Shown: positions 1-12,769 of the stretch, piece by piece | Position numbering within the stretch: position 1 is the first letter of the stretch | How the letters are laid out: each line of letters starts with the position of its first letter | NCBI GenBank assembly: GCA_951406725.2 | Contig: OX597820.1 | Coordinates: forward strand, 52,390,001-52,454,000 | DNA length: 64,000 bases | Source: Octopus vulgaris | Lineage: Eukaryota | Direction: 5' to 3' | Notes under the pieces: generated by a model | Told to the model about the DNA's origin: nothing | Database searches by the model: none | Seen by the model: the letters and a program-made list of their open reading frames with translations, nothing else | Position numbers and translations under genes: made by a program

Positions 1-389
1 ATATATATATACACACACACACAAACACACATACACAGATGCATATACATATATATTTGTGTGTGTGTGTGTGTATACATATATGCATTCGAACGCACAT
101 ATCTATGCAACACAGACACATATGCACGCACGTACGCGCGCGAACACACACGCACGCACATACACGCATATATATCTATCTATACACACATCCTATTTTC
201 CTGTGCATGGATGAAATTTCCGATTTTATATTTGCGTTCACAGTTGTAATATTCGTATAGAATTTTGTGACTTCACTACTCGATGAAGAGGGACGCATAC
301 AAGGCAACAAAGACGATATCTACGTACACTATGAACGTTAGAATAAGTGTGTGTATGTGTGTGTGTGAGTGTGTGTGTGTGTGTGTGTT

Positions 390-475
<86 letters not shown>

Positions 476-791
476 CGCTTTATGTATGTGTGTTTGGAAA
501 GAGCAATTCAGAGATATCAACCTCTCTGATACGTAAATAATTAGGAACAGATGTTTAAAAACAGTGTGGGTACCTACAAAACTATAGATGTTTATAAGTG
601 TTTCCTTGTAAGTGTTTACTGGTACATACATGCTAACGTGTGTATAGCCATTTGCACGTATTTATAAACATTTATATGTAGCCACGGACATACAGGCGTC
701 ACAAACACATACGAACATATAAAAACCAAAGTGGAACATCCGCCGCCTTCAAAAGTAACTATTGCGTTCAGTCCTCATCTTGTTTGTTGTT

Positions 792-838
792 AACACAACG
801 TTTCCGCTGATATACTCTCCAGCCTTCATCGGTTGTCT
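792..838 (-). ncRNA. Degenerate minimal type I hammerhead ribozyme
   Basis: Minus strand: GACAA-CCGATGA-A-GGCTG-gagagtatat-CAGCG-GAAAC-GTT-GTGTT. Core CUGANGA has one substitution, followed by stem II, GAAA and palindromic ACGT stem III. Confidence 0.65.
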
Positions 839-916
839 TGGAGAAATTTGGAACCTGGAATCTCATTCCTAAGGTATTTTTCGATGTGGTTGTCGTTGTT
901 ATTGTTGTTATTATTA

Positions 917-972
<56 letters not shown>

Positions 973-1530
973 GAGTGAGCGAGCAGAGCATGCCATCAAA
1001 GTGACACTGGGGTAAAATATACGAAGCCCAGTATACCCATCATGACTACCCGTCTGATAAGGGTACACCATGCACATGCATCACAACCATATGTGCGCGA
1101 CATGGTGATCTCATATCAAGATAAACAGCACATGACCTTGCAGGTGGAGCCCAGTTAGAATTTTCTTCAGATCGAGTAACCCATCCCGCTCAAAAGGTCC
1201 CTGAATAAGGGTTGTTTAAGGACGTTGAACGAAACACCCATGTTTCCAGAGGTGAATTATTCAAACCCCAAAGAATCCCTCCCAACACATGGCTATGATG
1301 CTCCCCCACTACTTCTGCTCGTGATCAGAGATGCACATATCGTCAGCCACTAAGCGACATGCTCAACTGCTTATGGTCAAACAACTGACAAGCAAATCTG
1401 TGGTATTGAGCAGAATATTTGCTGTAGCCCATCTATTATACCAAGACAAAACAATGTACATGATAACACTTCCAATCAGTTAAGATCAGAAACCATGAGA
1501 GCCACTGCCTGGTACTGCATCAGGGCATTT
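973..1530. mobile_element. ~560-bp non-coding element inserted in (AAT)n
   Basis: GC-richer complex sequence bounded on both sides by (ATT)n tracts, with no long ORF. Confidence 0.6.
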
Positions 1531-1554
1531 ATTATTATTATTATTATCATTATT

Positions 1555-1644
<90 letters not shown>

Positions 1645-1647
<3 letters not shown>

Positions 1648-2043
1648 TAGTTTTATTTTTTATAGCGTGCTTTCACTTCACTACCGAGCGCAGCTCTGTG
1701 TACCTTAGGTATGTGCTGTGATTTGTTGTGATGCTCTGATTGTATGTGATTGTATGGAAAGTGTTCTGCGTAGGATGTGTGCAGTGCCTAGTAGTGCAAT
1801 TTTCTGTATGTTATATGTGTTTGTAAATCCTGGTGTTTTTGTTATGTAATTGTCTGAATATTTTTTTATCATGCCTAATGCATCTACTATGATAGGAATT
1901 GTTTCTGTTTTTAGATTCCACATTCTGGTTACCTCTATTTCCAGGTCTTTGTATTTTGAAAGTTTCTCCATTTATTTTAGAGACACGTTGTCATCTGCCG
2001 GTATTGATACATCAATTAGAAAGCATCTTTTTTCTTCATGATC
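1645..2043 (-). mobile_element. 5'-truncated R4/Dong-type non-LTR retrotransposon (restriction-like endonuclease C-terminus + 3'UTR)
   Basis: DHEEKRCFLIDVSIPADDNVSLK*MEKLSKYKDLEIEVTRMWNLKTETIPIIVDALG...IQKIALLGTAHILRRTL matches the RLE (PD..D..K) C-terminus. It ends AAAACTACTG(AAT)n and is flanked by (AAT)n on both sides. Second copy at 30550-30812. Confidence 0.88.
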
Positions 2044-2385
<342 letters not shown>

Positions 2386-2895
2386 TCAGGTCACTACCTG
2401 AAATCGAGCTCGGAATCTTGGAGTTAGTTACCAGCGCTCCTACCTACTTCGCCATATGCCTGTGTTAACAACAAATAAGATGAGGGCAAATATCCGTCAA
2501 ATGTAAACAATGTAAATAATGTACATAATTCCTCATCTCTCAAATACAGAACTGAACTATTGAGTAGTTTGTTTATATGAGTGGTCTGCGCTTACAATAC
2601 AACTGTTAGCAATTCAGCGTTACACATGCGTGTGGTAAAGGTCAAACAACAATTTGCAATGGACAAACAGATTGCGTTGATTTCATGCTATTTTGCAAGC
2701 TACTTGCCTAGAGAGCCGCAACTTTTGATTCGAACCAGAAAAGCATGATTGTGGAGCGGATATATTAACGGCTACAGAGACTGAGCTAATACATTAACGT
2801 ACGTTGACATACATACATATATATGTGAGGGTATATGTATCAGTGACTATACATGTATATAAATATGTGTAAACAGGCGGCGAGTGGTGCGTGTG

Positions 2896-2943
<48 letters not shown>

Positions 2944-3137
2944 TACATATATATATATATTTATGTATGTATATTTATATATATGCTTGCGTGTTTGTGA
3001 AATATTATATGCAAGTATATTCTGTATGCATTTGCGTGTGTGTACATATGGTGCTATCAGATGTGTGTGTGCAGGCAAGCGTGTATGTATGAAGAAGCTA
3101 TTGTGTGCGTATATACTATGTACCTGTTCTCTCTATT

Positions 3138-3220
<83 letters not shown>

Positions 3221-3285
3221 GTTTAAATATTTGTTGTGCAATATTTTTTATGTGAAGTCGTGTGTTGAAACAGATATTGTTGTAT

Positions 3286-3398
3286 TTAGGAATGGTCATT
3301 TTGCCAGTTTAGCCAATAAATAACACTGAAGCAAAATAACACCAAATATATAGTGCGTGTGTTTTTATTGGCTAAACTGGCAAAATGACCATTCCTAA
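3286..3398. repeat. 35-bp perfect inverted repeat (hairpin) between (TA)n tracts
   Basis: TTAGGAATGGTCATTTTGCCAGTTTAGCCAATAAA (3286-3320) and its exact reverse complement at 3364-3398. Confidence 0.92.
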
Positions 3399-3401
3399 CA
3401 A

Positions 3402-3442
<41 letters not shown>

Positions 3443-3455
3443 CATACATATATAT

Positions 3456-4326
3456 ATTTTTTTCTTGGGGCTGGCCGAGTTGGAGCAAATATCAGAATTG
3501 AACAGCCGAAATTTGCTATGATGATTCGGTGTCTGACTGATGATTGAAGGCTTCGAATGATTTGTCTGTGTTCCGTGTTTGTCCCTTCCTGTATTTCACG
3601 TTCTTTATTTATAAAATATTTATCCCTATATTATTGCGGCGTTACGTGCACCCCCCCCCCCCGTTTGTTTATCACAATTTTAAACTCTGCACGACATCTT
3701 TCTTTCCTGTCCACCATTGCTTCTTGACCAAACTATTTTGGCGCCCTTTTTTCTTCCCCCTCTTCCTCCCATCCTCCTCAATCCCTTATCTCTCTTTTTC
3801 TCTTGGTCTCTGACTGATTCTGTCCCCTGCCTTCCACCCTCTTTGATTCCCTCTCTCTCTGTCTCTCTTTCTCTCTCTCCCCTGCAACCTGCTGCTTCTC
3901 CACCATTTCGTTGGCGATCATATCTCGCCAACATCTGTATTTGTCCCCTCTACCGAAAAGGTAATTATTTCTACGCCAGCTGCTATGTTGTTGTTGTTTT
4001 TGTCTCATTTGATCTAAAGTCGTATGACAACCACCGTTATATTATATTTTGTTTAACCGGTACCGTTTTCAATTTCGTTTTCGTCTCTCGTATTTACATC
4101 CGTCTCGTGCGTTCACATTCCTGTCTTCTACCAAGAAATCTAATGCTTACAGCTTAGTTTTTTTTTCTTGGGGCTGGCCGAGTTGGAGCAAATATCAGAA
4201 TTGAACAGCCGAAATTTGCTATGATGATTCGGTGTCTGACTGAAGATTGAAGGCTTCGAATGATTTGTCTGTGTTCCGTGTTTGTCCCTTCCTATATTTC
4301 ACGTTCTTTATTTATAAAATATTTAT

Positions 4327-4333
<7 letters not shown>
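3456..4333 (+). mobile_element. Non-autonomous element with ~175-bp direct terminal repeats (partial tandem, pLTR-like) in (TA)n
   Basis: 3456-3631 is nearly identical to 4158-4333. The interior is CT-rich, both ends abut (TA)n, and there are no TG..CA LTR termini. Confidence 0.82.
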
Positions 4334-4391
<58 letters not shown>

Positions 4392-4397
<6 letters not shown>

Positions 4398-4796
4398 AAA
4401 TCGGGTTCAGTAAAATAATTTACTTTACCACACACCGAACTTTTTAGAAATAGCAGCCAAAAATTTTAGCTATTTCTTCTACTGTAAGAAAAATCTCCCA
4501 GACAATGCATACTCAAAAATAACTCACACAGGTATAGAGGGAAAATATCGAAAGATCACACCTATATAAGATTACCTGAGAACAGGCCCGTTTCTGGATT
4601 AGTTGCTTATAAAGATCAACATTTCCTTCGTCAGCTCAAGGATTTCTCAGATTTGGATTTGAAAGTACTAAAAATCAAACATACCCGTCTGGTACGAGTA
4701 ATCCCAGACAAATATACCGTAAATGGTCTTTTTACATACTGAACACTACTTGGTAAAATTAATTAATAATTAATTAGTTTTACCCTTTTATTATTG

Positions 4797-4800
<4 letters not shown>
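4392..4800 (-). mobile_element. (TA)n-embedded non-coding PLE-like element carrying a hammerhead
   Basis: ~410 bp between two long (TA)n tracts, with a hammerhead at 4575-4641. Confidence 0.7.
4575..4641 (-). ncRNA. Type I hammerhead ribozyme
   Basis: Minus strand: CCTTGAG-CTGACGA-A-GGA..GTTG..CAAC..TCC-A-GAAA-CGG-gc-CTG-TT-CTCAGG. Stems I, II and III all pair; cleavage triplet GUU. Confidence 0.78.
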
Positions 4801-4879
<79 letters not shown>

Positions 4880-4955
4880 ATATATATACATGCATATATA
4901 TGTATGTTTATGTATGTGCATACATAGAGACATATATAAATATCTATATGCATGT

Positions 4956-5007
<52 letters not shown>

Positions 5008-6056
5008 GTATATCTTTATGTATATATATATATCGATAGATATCATATATATGTATATACGTGTGTGTCTGGTGTCTCTCTGCTCCTTGCAGTACTTGAC
5101 CCCTCCTTGTACCTATAATTAATCTTTCCTAACCCGTGATTTTAAATGTATTTTGTTCCTTGAAATATTGTTGAAGAGCTAATGAATTAAACTACAATAA
5201 TGTCTCATTTCAGTATTGACTCCTTTTTTTGTTTTGTCTTTATGAATGTCCAAGAATCGTTCGCCAACTCCACAGTATTTGCAGGATTTTCTTTTTTTAT
5301 TTTTTACAGCAATTACATTGAAACTGTTCTTCGAGAGTGAAATTCTGAGAGGAATGTATATTCCGTGTATTCCTTAAATACACGTCCATACTGGCGCAAC
5401 CTCACACCATGGTGAGATATGCGTATTTTTAGCCCATTAAATGTACTTCAAGAAGAAGTGAGAACCTGTCGCAATGCTATTGATATTACTCAGATTTTTA
5501 TGAAATTTTCTTTTCATTTCAACGTGCTTAACTTATTTTCTGGCTCAAAATTTCTAACACTGCTCCAAATCGTAGCTCTCCACGCTTCCCTATCAGTTGC
5601 AAGTAATCTAAGACTTTACTAACATATTTAACGGCATTTTAAATTTAATTTCCATGGGTTTTGTATGTCATTTTCCACACCTATCCCACTCTCTCCAAAT
5701 AAGTAGACCGTTTTCTATTGGTGGCATGCGTGTCAGTTTCGGAAAATCCTCGATTCCTCAGATTATATATCATTCTCACCTATAGCTTATTAGTATGGCG
5801 ATAAGTAGTGCGTTAATTTTTCTATGAAAGAGCTTATAATTTTAATAAATAAGGAATTTTTGTATTGTATTTGTTATACATTTAGCTGTTCAATGTTACT
5901 ACTGTCTTAACCCCAAGCAGATCTTCCGCCATCTGGTTATAGGTGCTTGCAATATACAATGGGGACAGACTGCACCTAAAACCAGCTAGCGAATATCTGG
6001 CTGAGGTTAAAATAGTAATAATATTGAACATCTTTTATCTAAATTTCCAAGACACA

Positions 6057-6292
6057 CGTTTCTTATTTCTTTATTGTCCACAAGGAGTTAACATAGAGGG
6101 GACAAACAAGAACATACAACGTGATTAACTCGATTATACTGACCCCAGTGCGTAACTGGTACTTAATTTATCGACCCCCATAAAATGAAAGGCAAAGTCG
6201 ACCTTAGCGGAATTTGAACTCAGAACGTAACGGCATACGAAATACTGCAAAGCTTTTCGCTCGGCATGCTAAAGTTTTTGACAGCTCGCCGT
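6057..6292 (-). mobile_element. tRNA-derived SINE family B
   Basis: Reverse complement of GGCGAGCTG..GTTCTGAGTTCAAATTCCGC..GTCGACTTTGCCTTTCAT..GGGGTCGATAAATTAAGTACCAG, which recurs many times in the window. Confidence 0.85.
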
Positions 6293-6671
6293 TTCTAATA
6301 CATAGACATCTAGCGATTGCATTTTTATGCAGTTACTTGCAAGAAGCTATTAATCTATACACCTTCATTCAAGGTCCATCCACTGAACTGCATTGAAGCA
6401 AACTATGTGTATATAGTTTTGGTTATTGATATATATTCGGTGGTTGACTACAGTTTTTGAGTGCAAAATATGTTAGAGGAATGTTTGGTAAACTGATATA
6501 GCTTTAAAGTTTCCTATGATGTTGACCCACTGTTGACCCTGCGTCTGAATTTCCTGGCGAGAATAGTAGGTCTTTAATTAGGTCAGATTTTATTTTAAAA
6601 AAACAACAGCTTTAAATGGAATAGGAGCTGGTGAATGCAGTTATTGCGTAATTAAAATATAAACATTTAAT

Positions 6672-6717
<46 letters not shown>

Positions 6718-6753
6718 TTTTCACATATATATATATATATATATATATTTATG

Positions 6754-7172
6754 TAGGTGTGGCTACGTAGTAAGAAGCTTGTTTCCCAACCACATAGTTC
6801 CAGGTTCAATCCCACTGCGTGGCAATTTGGGCAAGTGACTTCTACTATAGCCTCAGGCCGACCAAAGTCATTTGAGTGGATGTGGTAGACGGAAATTGAA
6901 AGAAGCTCGTCGTATATGTGTGTGTGTGTGCTTCTGTATGTGTGTCTCTGTGTGTTTTTGTTTGTGTTTTCCTCCTGGCATCGCTTGACAACCGATGTTG
7001 CTGTGTTTATGTCCCCGAAACTTAGTGTTTTGACAAAAAGGGCTGACAGAATAAGTACTAGGCTTACAAAGAGTAAGTCCTGGTGTCGATTTCTTCGACT
7101 GAAGGCAGTACTCCAGCATGGCCCCCTAGTCAAATAACTGAAATAAGTAAAAAAATAAAAGAATAAAAGAAT
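6754..7172 (+). mobile_element. tRNA-derived SINE family A with internal (TA)/(TG) microsatellite
   Basis: Head GTGGCT..GTAAGAAGCTTG..GGTTCAATCCCACTGCGTGGCA and tail CTCCAGCATGGCC..AGTCAAATAACTGAAA; homologous to 62383-62830. Confidence 0.88.
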
Positions 7173-7594
7173 ATATATTTCGTTTAAACTTTACGTGACT
7201 GATGATGTTATATGGAACGCTATATATGTTTCAGAACAAAGTTTTGAGAGACAACAGAACGGTAATAGTAAAAGAGATGACATAACAAAACAACGTTTGC
7301 GTTATCGTCATTTGTGGCCTCTTAGTTGAGCGCCTAAATAACATCTTAGACTTTCATCAGAAGTGCAGTTTATTTGGCAATCACATTCTCACTGGCAATG
7401 CCTTCCCTGTATATTGCACAAATGTAATTATTTTTTTCCCAAATAAATTATATTTTATATTCGACGCTCCAATGAAGCTATAGTATGTTATTCAGGCTCT
7501 AAACTGAGTCGATTGTATCTCATTGCAGAAAGAGCTATAAGCTAATGGTCTTCATAACATAACCATTGTTTTCCTGTGTCATCTATTTTTCTTA

Positions 7595-7701
<107 letters not shown>

Positions 7702-7708
7702 ATATATA

Positions 7709-7757
<49 letters not shown>

Positions 7758-9149
7758 AAATATGAAAAATCAACGAAAATGCACATCGCAAATAAAAAAA
7801 AAGGCTATTTATGAGATGTAACGACAAATATATACATTTAGATGGACTGAAGTAGGAGTCATAAAAGTCATTATTATGAGATGATTATAAGATGATACTA
7901 AAGTAAGAGAACAAAGCGAACCATGGTTTCGGCAAAAAGAGAACTAATATATATATATATATATATATATAAATATATATTTATTTATTTATTTATTTAT
8001 TTATATGATTTTTATCATGTGGTCAGCACGAAAATAAAATCCTTATACGTAAATTTTTCAAATATTATATTAAGAAATATATGCATAATTTTAACAGGGG
8101 ATTGGCAATATGCTTCTCCACGCGCTGAAAATAGACACCAAATGACACATTATGTACACACACAGAAGGGAAGAAAGATTTATATACATATGTGAGTCTT
8201 TGTGCGTTTTCTGTATCATTACCCGTAAATTGTCCGTACAAACAACAAAACGTTATGATAACTGAAGTCATTCAGCGATCACAGAATTATAAATGAGGAA
8301 ACAAATAAAGGCATGAGTAACATTGAATCTTAGCATGACCCGAAAAGGCTCAAATTTTTCCTCTCATACTCTACCGAGAATGATATATTATTTAAACAAT
8401 GCGGAAAACGTTCCGTCACTGCTGTCAAAACTATTCCGGTATCAAAGTAAAAAATCTCACCGTACTCGGCCTCGAAGCGATACATCCTTGACAAAATTCG
8501 AGCTCATATCACAAAACAGCGTGGTGACACAACATTACCTCAACTATTCCTGTTTTATTCAACAGTTTTCTGAAAGATATTAAAGAAGAAAAGCTGCTCA
8601 TAATATTCAAATGAAGCTGGAAACTTTCCGCCAAGAAATACTAGGCAAAACCCCGATACATATATACCACAGGGCAAAAACATAATCACTATGTGAAGTG
8701 GTTACGATACCCTAAAAATGACTTTAAAAAACCGAATAATTTTGACATAAGTGAGCCAATAGTGGCCAAATACAAGACGAATCTATGTCTCTCTTGTTTT
8801 TGAAAGTTCTTTAACCACATGCGTTTATCTTCATTTAGTCAACACATGCTACTTGCATTGTATGGAAATATCCCGCAAAATATTAATAAGCATATCATCA
8901 GCATGAAAAGTGTTCTGGTCATTTAAATATAATATTTCTTCAGTTACTAAAGCTCTTTCGGTCATAAAGCACACCCAAAACTTTTGGCTTTGTGAAGACT
9001 TTTAATCTTCTTTTTCTTAGCTCGTGAATAAATACACCGATATACAAGTTCTGATCAAAATCTATCGGGACTAGTGCCATAAAAAATGCTATAACACATA
9101 CTAATTCTTCGTTTAATCTCCTTCGAAGTAATCCCCATCTGAATCCACA

Positions 9150-9480
9150 CACGTTACCCAGCGGTGTGTCCATTGAGGGAAGCTTTCCTGGAACTCCCTT
9201 TTTGGGATAGCGAGCTGCAATTTCATTTCATTCTCTTGGATTTCCTCGACATTTTAAAATCTTGATGTTGTCTTAGCCTTCTAATCGGTGTCATACCTAT
9301 AGACCCACGAGGTATCACCTTTTATGACCATTTTCAAAAGGACTTCGTATTCCTCGACACAATCAAGGAGATCCTGCGTAGCTGAAACCCAATATTGTTT
9401 TTGGAGTCGATTGCGCACTACATACTTTTATTCCAAGCAATCCTATAAACAAAGTGAGCGAGAATGTTACAACTTAACGT
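9150..9480 (-). mobile_element. Decayed mariner transposase fragments
   Basis: Minus translation gives GDTSWVYRYD (cf. TGDETWVYxYD) and, across a deletion, IPKKEFQESFPQWTHRW (mariner C-terminus). Confidence 0.55.
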
Positions 9481-9599
9481 GCATGCGCGACAGAGTTCAA
9501 GGTCAACATATGCGAGGCATTTTAACGCAGTGCACTTAGCTCCATTACCATAGCAGTGCATCTACACTTGTCATCTAGGATGTCAGCAGTGCGTCTATG

Positions 9600-9835
9600 C
9601 TTGGCAACTGGGCTTGCTAAGGACCTTCACATTTGAAGTCTTTGTTCTGAGTTTTTAAAGGCAGAGAGAAGCATGATGCGGAAAAGAAAGCTGAAGAGTA
9701 TTAGCGCAAGAACACATCCTTGCTTGTCTCTGTTAGTGACGGGGAACTCATCATCTTCGTTGCCGTACAGTAATCTTGCCTTCAAGCTGCCATAAAAGCC
9801 TTTCATTATCTTCACCATGTTGGTAGGAATTCCAT
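9600..9835 (-). mobile_element. RTE-clade LINE reverse transcriptase fragment
   Basis: GIPTNMVKIMKGFY...EFPVTNRDKQGCVLALILFSFLF resembles the RTE/BovB motif FPVTNGVKQGCVLAPTLFS. Confidence 0.8.
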
Positions 9836-9867
9836 TTTCATATATAAAAATACATAGATTTACTCTA

Positions 9868-10475
9868 CACTTTATTTCCGACTACCGGCCGAGTATATGT
9901 GCGGAGAGAGCCAAAGGAAGCATTTGACCCAGACTGCCTTCTTCCAGCTGTTAAACATGGGGGAGGATCAGTAATGATCTGGGTGGCTATATCTTGGACA
10001 TCCGCTGGCCCAATTGTTTCCTTTCATGGCAGAATTAATAGTTAAGACTATTTAAGCACTTTATCTGATCAACTTTATCCTATGGTTGCGGAACTGTTTC
10101 CGGAGAGAAACGCAATCTTTCAGGATGATAATGCACCAATCCACACAGCTAAAGTTGTTACTGAATGGCACGAGAAACATTCTAGCGAAGTTGAACATCT
10201 TATCTGGCCACCATAATCCCCACATCTCAATATTATTGAACATTTATTGTGCGTTTTAGAAAAACAAGTAAGGAATCGACATCCTCCACCATCATCACTA
10301 TAAGAACGGAAGACTGTTTTAGCTGAAGAATGGACAAAAATTCCTTTGGAAACAATTCAAACTTTGTACGAGTCCATACTTCGTAGGATCCAAGCTGTAA
10401 TTACAGCCAAAGACGGTCCTACCCCATATTAAAATGAATTTGTTTGAAATTTTAAGGTGTTTCCATTATTTTGTA
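9868..10475 (+). mobile_element. Tc1-like (DD34E) transposase pseudogene, 3' half
   Basis: FPTTGRVYV..LPAVKHGGGSVMIW..IFQDDNAPIHTAK..WPP*SPHLNIIEHL..RRIQAVITAKDGPTPY*, with in-frame stops and a partial TIR ending at TA. Confidence 0.92.
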
Positions 10476-10491
10476 TATATCTAGCTGGTAA

Positions 10492-10810
10492 TCCGTCGGT
10501 TACGAAAACTAGGGTTCCAGTTGATACAATCGACGGAACAGACTGCTCGTGAAATAAACACGTAAGTTGCTGAGCACTCCACAAGCACGCATACATTTAA
10601 CGTATTTCTCAAGGACATTCAGCGTGAAACAGAACGTGACAAGGCTGACGCTTTGAATTACGGGTATAACTCAATTTTGATACATGAGTGGCCTGCAACA
10701 ACGTTACATGAAGTGTCTTGCTCAAGGAGACAATTCACCACTGAGAATCGAACACACGACCTTCCGTTCGTGAAACCGAATAGTGTAGCCATTAAACCAC
10801 GCTCCTTCAT
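10492..10810 (-). mobile_element. tRNA-derived SINE family C
   Basis: Minus head TGAAGGAGCGTGGTTTAATGG..GTTCGATTCTC..CTTGAGCAAGACACTT; its tail is shared with 46793-46978. Confidence 0.75.
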
Positions 10811-10832
10811 GTGCACACACACACACATATAT

Positions 10833-11142
10833 GGTAAAGTAAACACCCACTTCGATCGTGAATGACCATGGGATTACACCTAGAAGGTTCCCTTCCGAGG
10901 CACAAGTCTGAGTCATGTTGCTTATGGAAAACTCGCAACCGATGTTATCCAAGGGAAAGGCAAAGGCCGACACAGCTTGGCACCAGTGACATCGCTGCTC
11001 ATTTATACAGCTGAGCAAACTGGAGCAACGTGAAATAAAATGTATTGCACAAGAACATAACACTCAACCCGGTCAAGCAATCGAACTCACTACCTCATGA
11101 TAGTGAGGCCGACACTCTAACCACTGAGCCATGTGCCTTCAC
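10833..11142 (-). mobile_element. tRNA-derived SINE family E
   Basis: Minus head GTGAAGGCACATGGCTCAGTGGTTAGAG..GAGTTCGATT; homologous to 37562-37897. Confidence 0.85.
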
Positions 11143-11360
11143 TATTTCCGCAATAAGTATTGAAATTAACTGTGTCACATACTTGCAGCAATCTGTAACT
11201 TACTGAGCGTTCTGAGGTACAGTTCGCGTGACACTCCGATAGAAGACTCTCGTTTATTTACTTTCACCGATAATGTCTGAATAGGACCGCAGTTCTAGCA
11301 CTATGTCATTCTATGGGATAGAACTCGAGATATCATAGTTGCAAAGCAAATATCTTAAAC

Positions 11361-11686
11361 CAGGGCTGGCCAACATAAGGCCCGTGGGCTGCATGCGGCC
11401 CGCAGGCGATTATGTTGCGGCCCACTTGATATTTTCTTGAAATGGATTTATTTGAACAAATATTTTTTAAATTGTTGCAAAAAGTAAACATTATAATGAA
11501 AAGTAAAAAAGATTCTACTGCTTTTGCAACGATAATATTTCATGTTGAATCAACGTTCATTCATTCGTTATTGTAATAATAGCATGAGAAAGCAAAACAT
11601 TTTCAATTCTGTCTGTATAAAAGCTGCCATCAAAAACTTCCTGTTATTACAATGGCCTGCAATGTAATTCGAATTGACCAGGCCTG
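11361..11686. mobile_element. hAT-superfamily MITE
   Basis: TIRs CAGGGCTGGCCAA / TTGACCAGGCCTG; exact 8-bp TSD TCTTAAAC at 11353-11360 and 11687-11694; subterminal GCGGCCC repeats. Confidence 0.9.
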
Positions 11687-11748
11687 TCTTAAACCTTTGC
11701 ATATATGTATCTGTACACAAACACACAAAGATGTATCTGTCTGCTTAT

Positions 11749-11829
<81 letters not shown>

Positions 11830-11900
11830 CATATTTTATGTATAAGTATGTGTATACACATACATATATACATACACACACAGACATGCACGGACCCACC

Positions 11901-11989
<89 letters not shown>

Positions 11990-12617
11990 GAGTATGCGTG
12001 TTTGTGCGTATGTGTGTGTGTGTAGTCACACAGATATATGATTATGCGAATCTTGTGGGAGAAAGAGAGATAGTTAGAGAGAAAAATAATAAGAGAGAGT
12101 CCTTATATGCACATGATATAAATAAGCAAACGTCCATAAATCACATAATATGCTTGGATAAGTAAATTTAACCAATTATTCGAGTCATTTTATTTTTCTA
12201 ATGCAAATTGGCCTGTGAGCCTTGTGTGAAGAAACACTGCAAAACAACAGCTGTCCTTTGCAATGAAATCTTGGCGGGAACCCATCAAATGCCGATATAC
12301 TGAATTGCAAAGGCGGTACGCCTAGAAAAATAAACATCAATCGAGTTTATCTAAACAACCAAATTATACTCAGTTAAACTAGTTGTCACTCTCTCAATCT
12401 GTCTATCTGTATCTCTCAGCCTCTCTCTCTCTTTCCCTCTCCCTCTAACACTCTTTCTCTGCTGCTCTTTGTATCTGCCTTTCTCTCTTTCATTCGCTAT
12501 ATCTCTATCTCTCTAGCAAAGTAAGAAATAATTTGTTTTAAAGTGGTGTCCATCATCTCCAGCGTTTGTCATTTGCGTACCTTTGTATGCGTGCGCTTCT
12601 ATGTCACACACACACTA

Positions 12618-12659
<42 letters not shown>

Positions 12660-12684
12660 TTATTTATACAGAGATAGGAAGTAT

Positions 12685-12755
12685 AGTTCGGTAGTGTAGT
12701 AGTGAGTATTCACGCATGTCACATGATAAGCCGGAGTTCGATTCCCGACGGGGTA
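12685..12755 (+). pseudogene. tRNA-Asp(GTC)-derived pseudogene
   Basis: TCGGTAGTGTAGTAGTGAGTATTCACGCATGTCACATGATAAGCCGGAGTTCGATTCCCGACGGGG is colinear with eukaryotic tRNA-Asp (TCGTTAGTATAGTGGTGAGTATCCCCGCCTGTCACGCGGGAGACCGGGGTTCGATTCCCCGACGGGG). Anticodon at 12718-12720; stems are disrupted. Confidence 0.75.
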
Positions 12756-12769
12756 CCTCGTTATAAACA

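Noticed and set aside
3456-4333. LTR retrotransposon/TRIM interpretation of the direct repeats
   Set aside because: There are no TG..CA ends, PBS, PPT or TSD, and the upstream repeat starts mid-hairpin (5'-truncated), which fits a partial-tandem PLE structure better.
12200-12270. Cys-rich peptide CKLACEPCVKKHCKTTAVLCNE resembling a piggyBac C-terminal domain
   Set aside because: Too short, and no TTAA/TIR or catalytic region was found.
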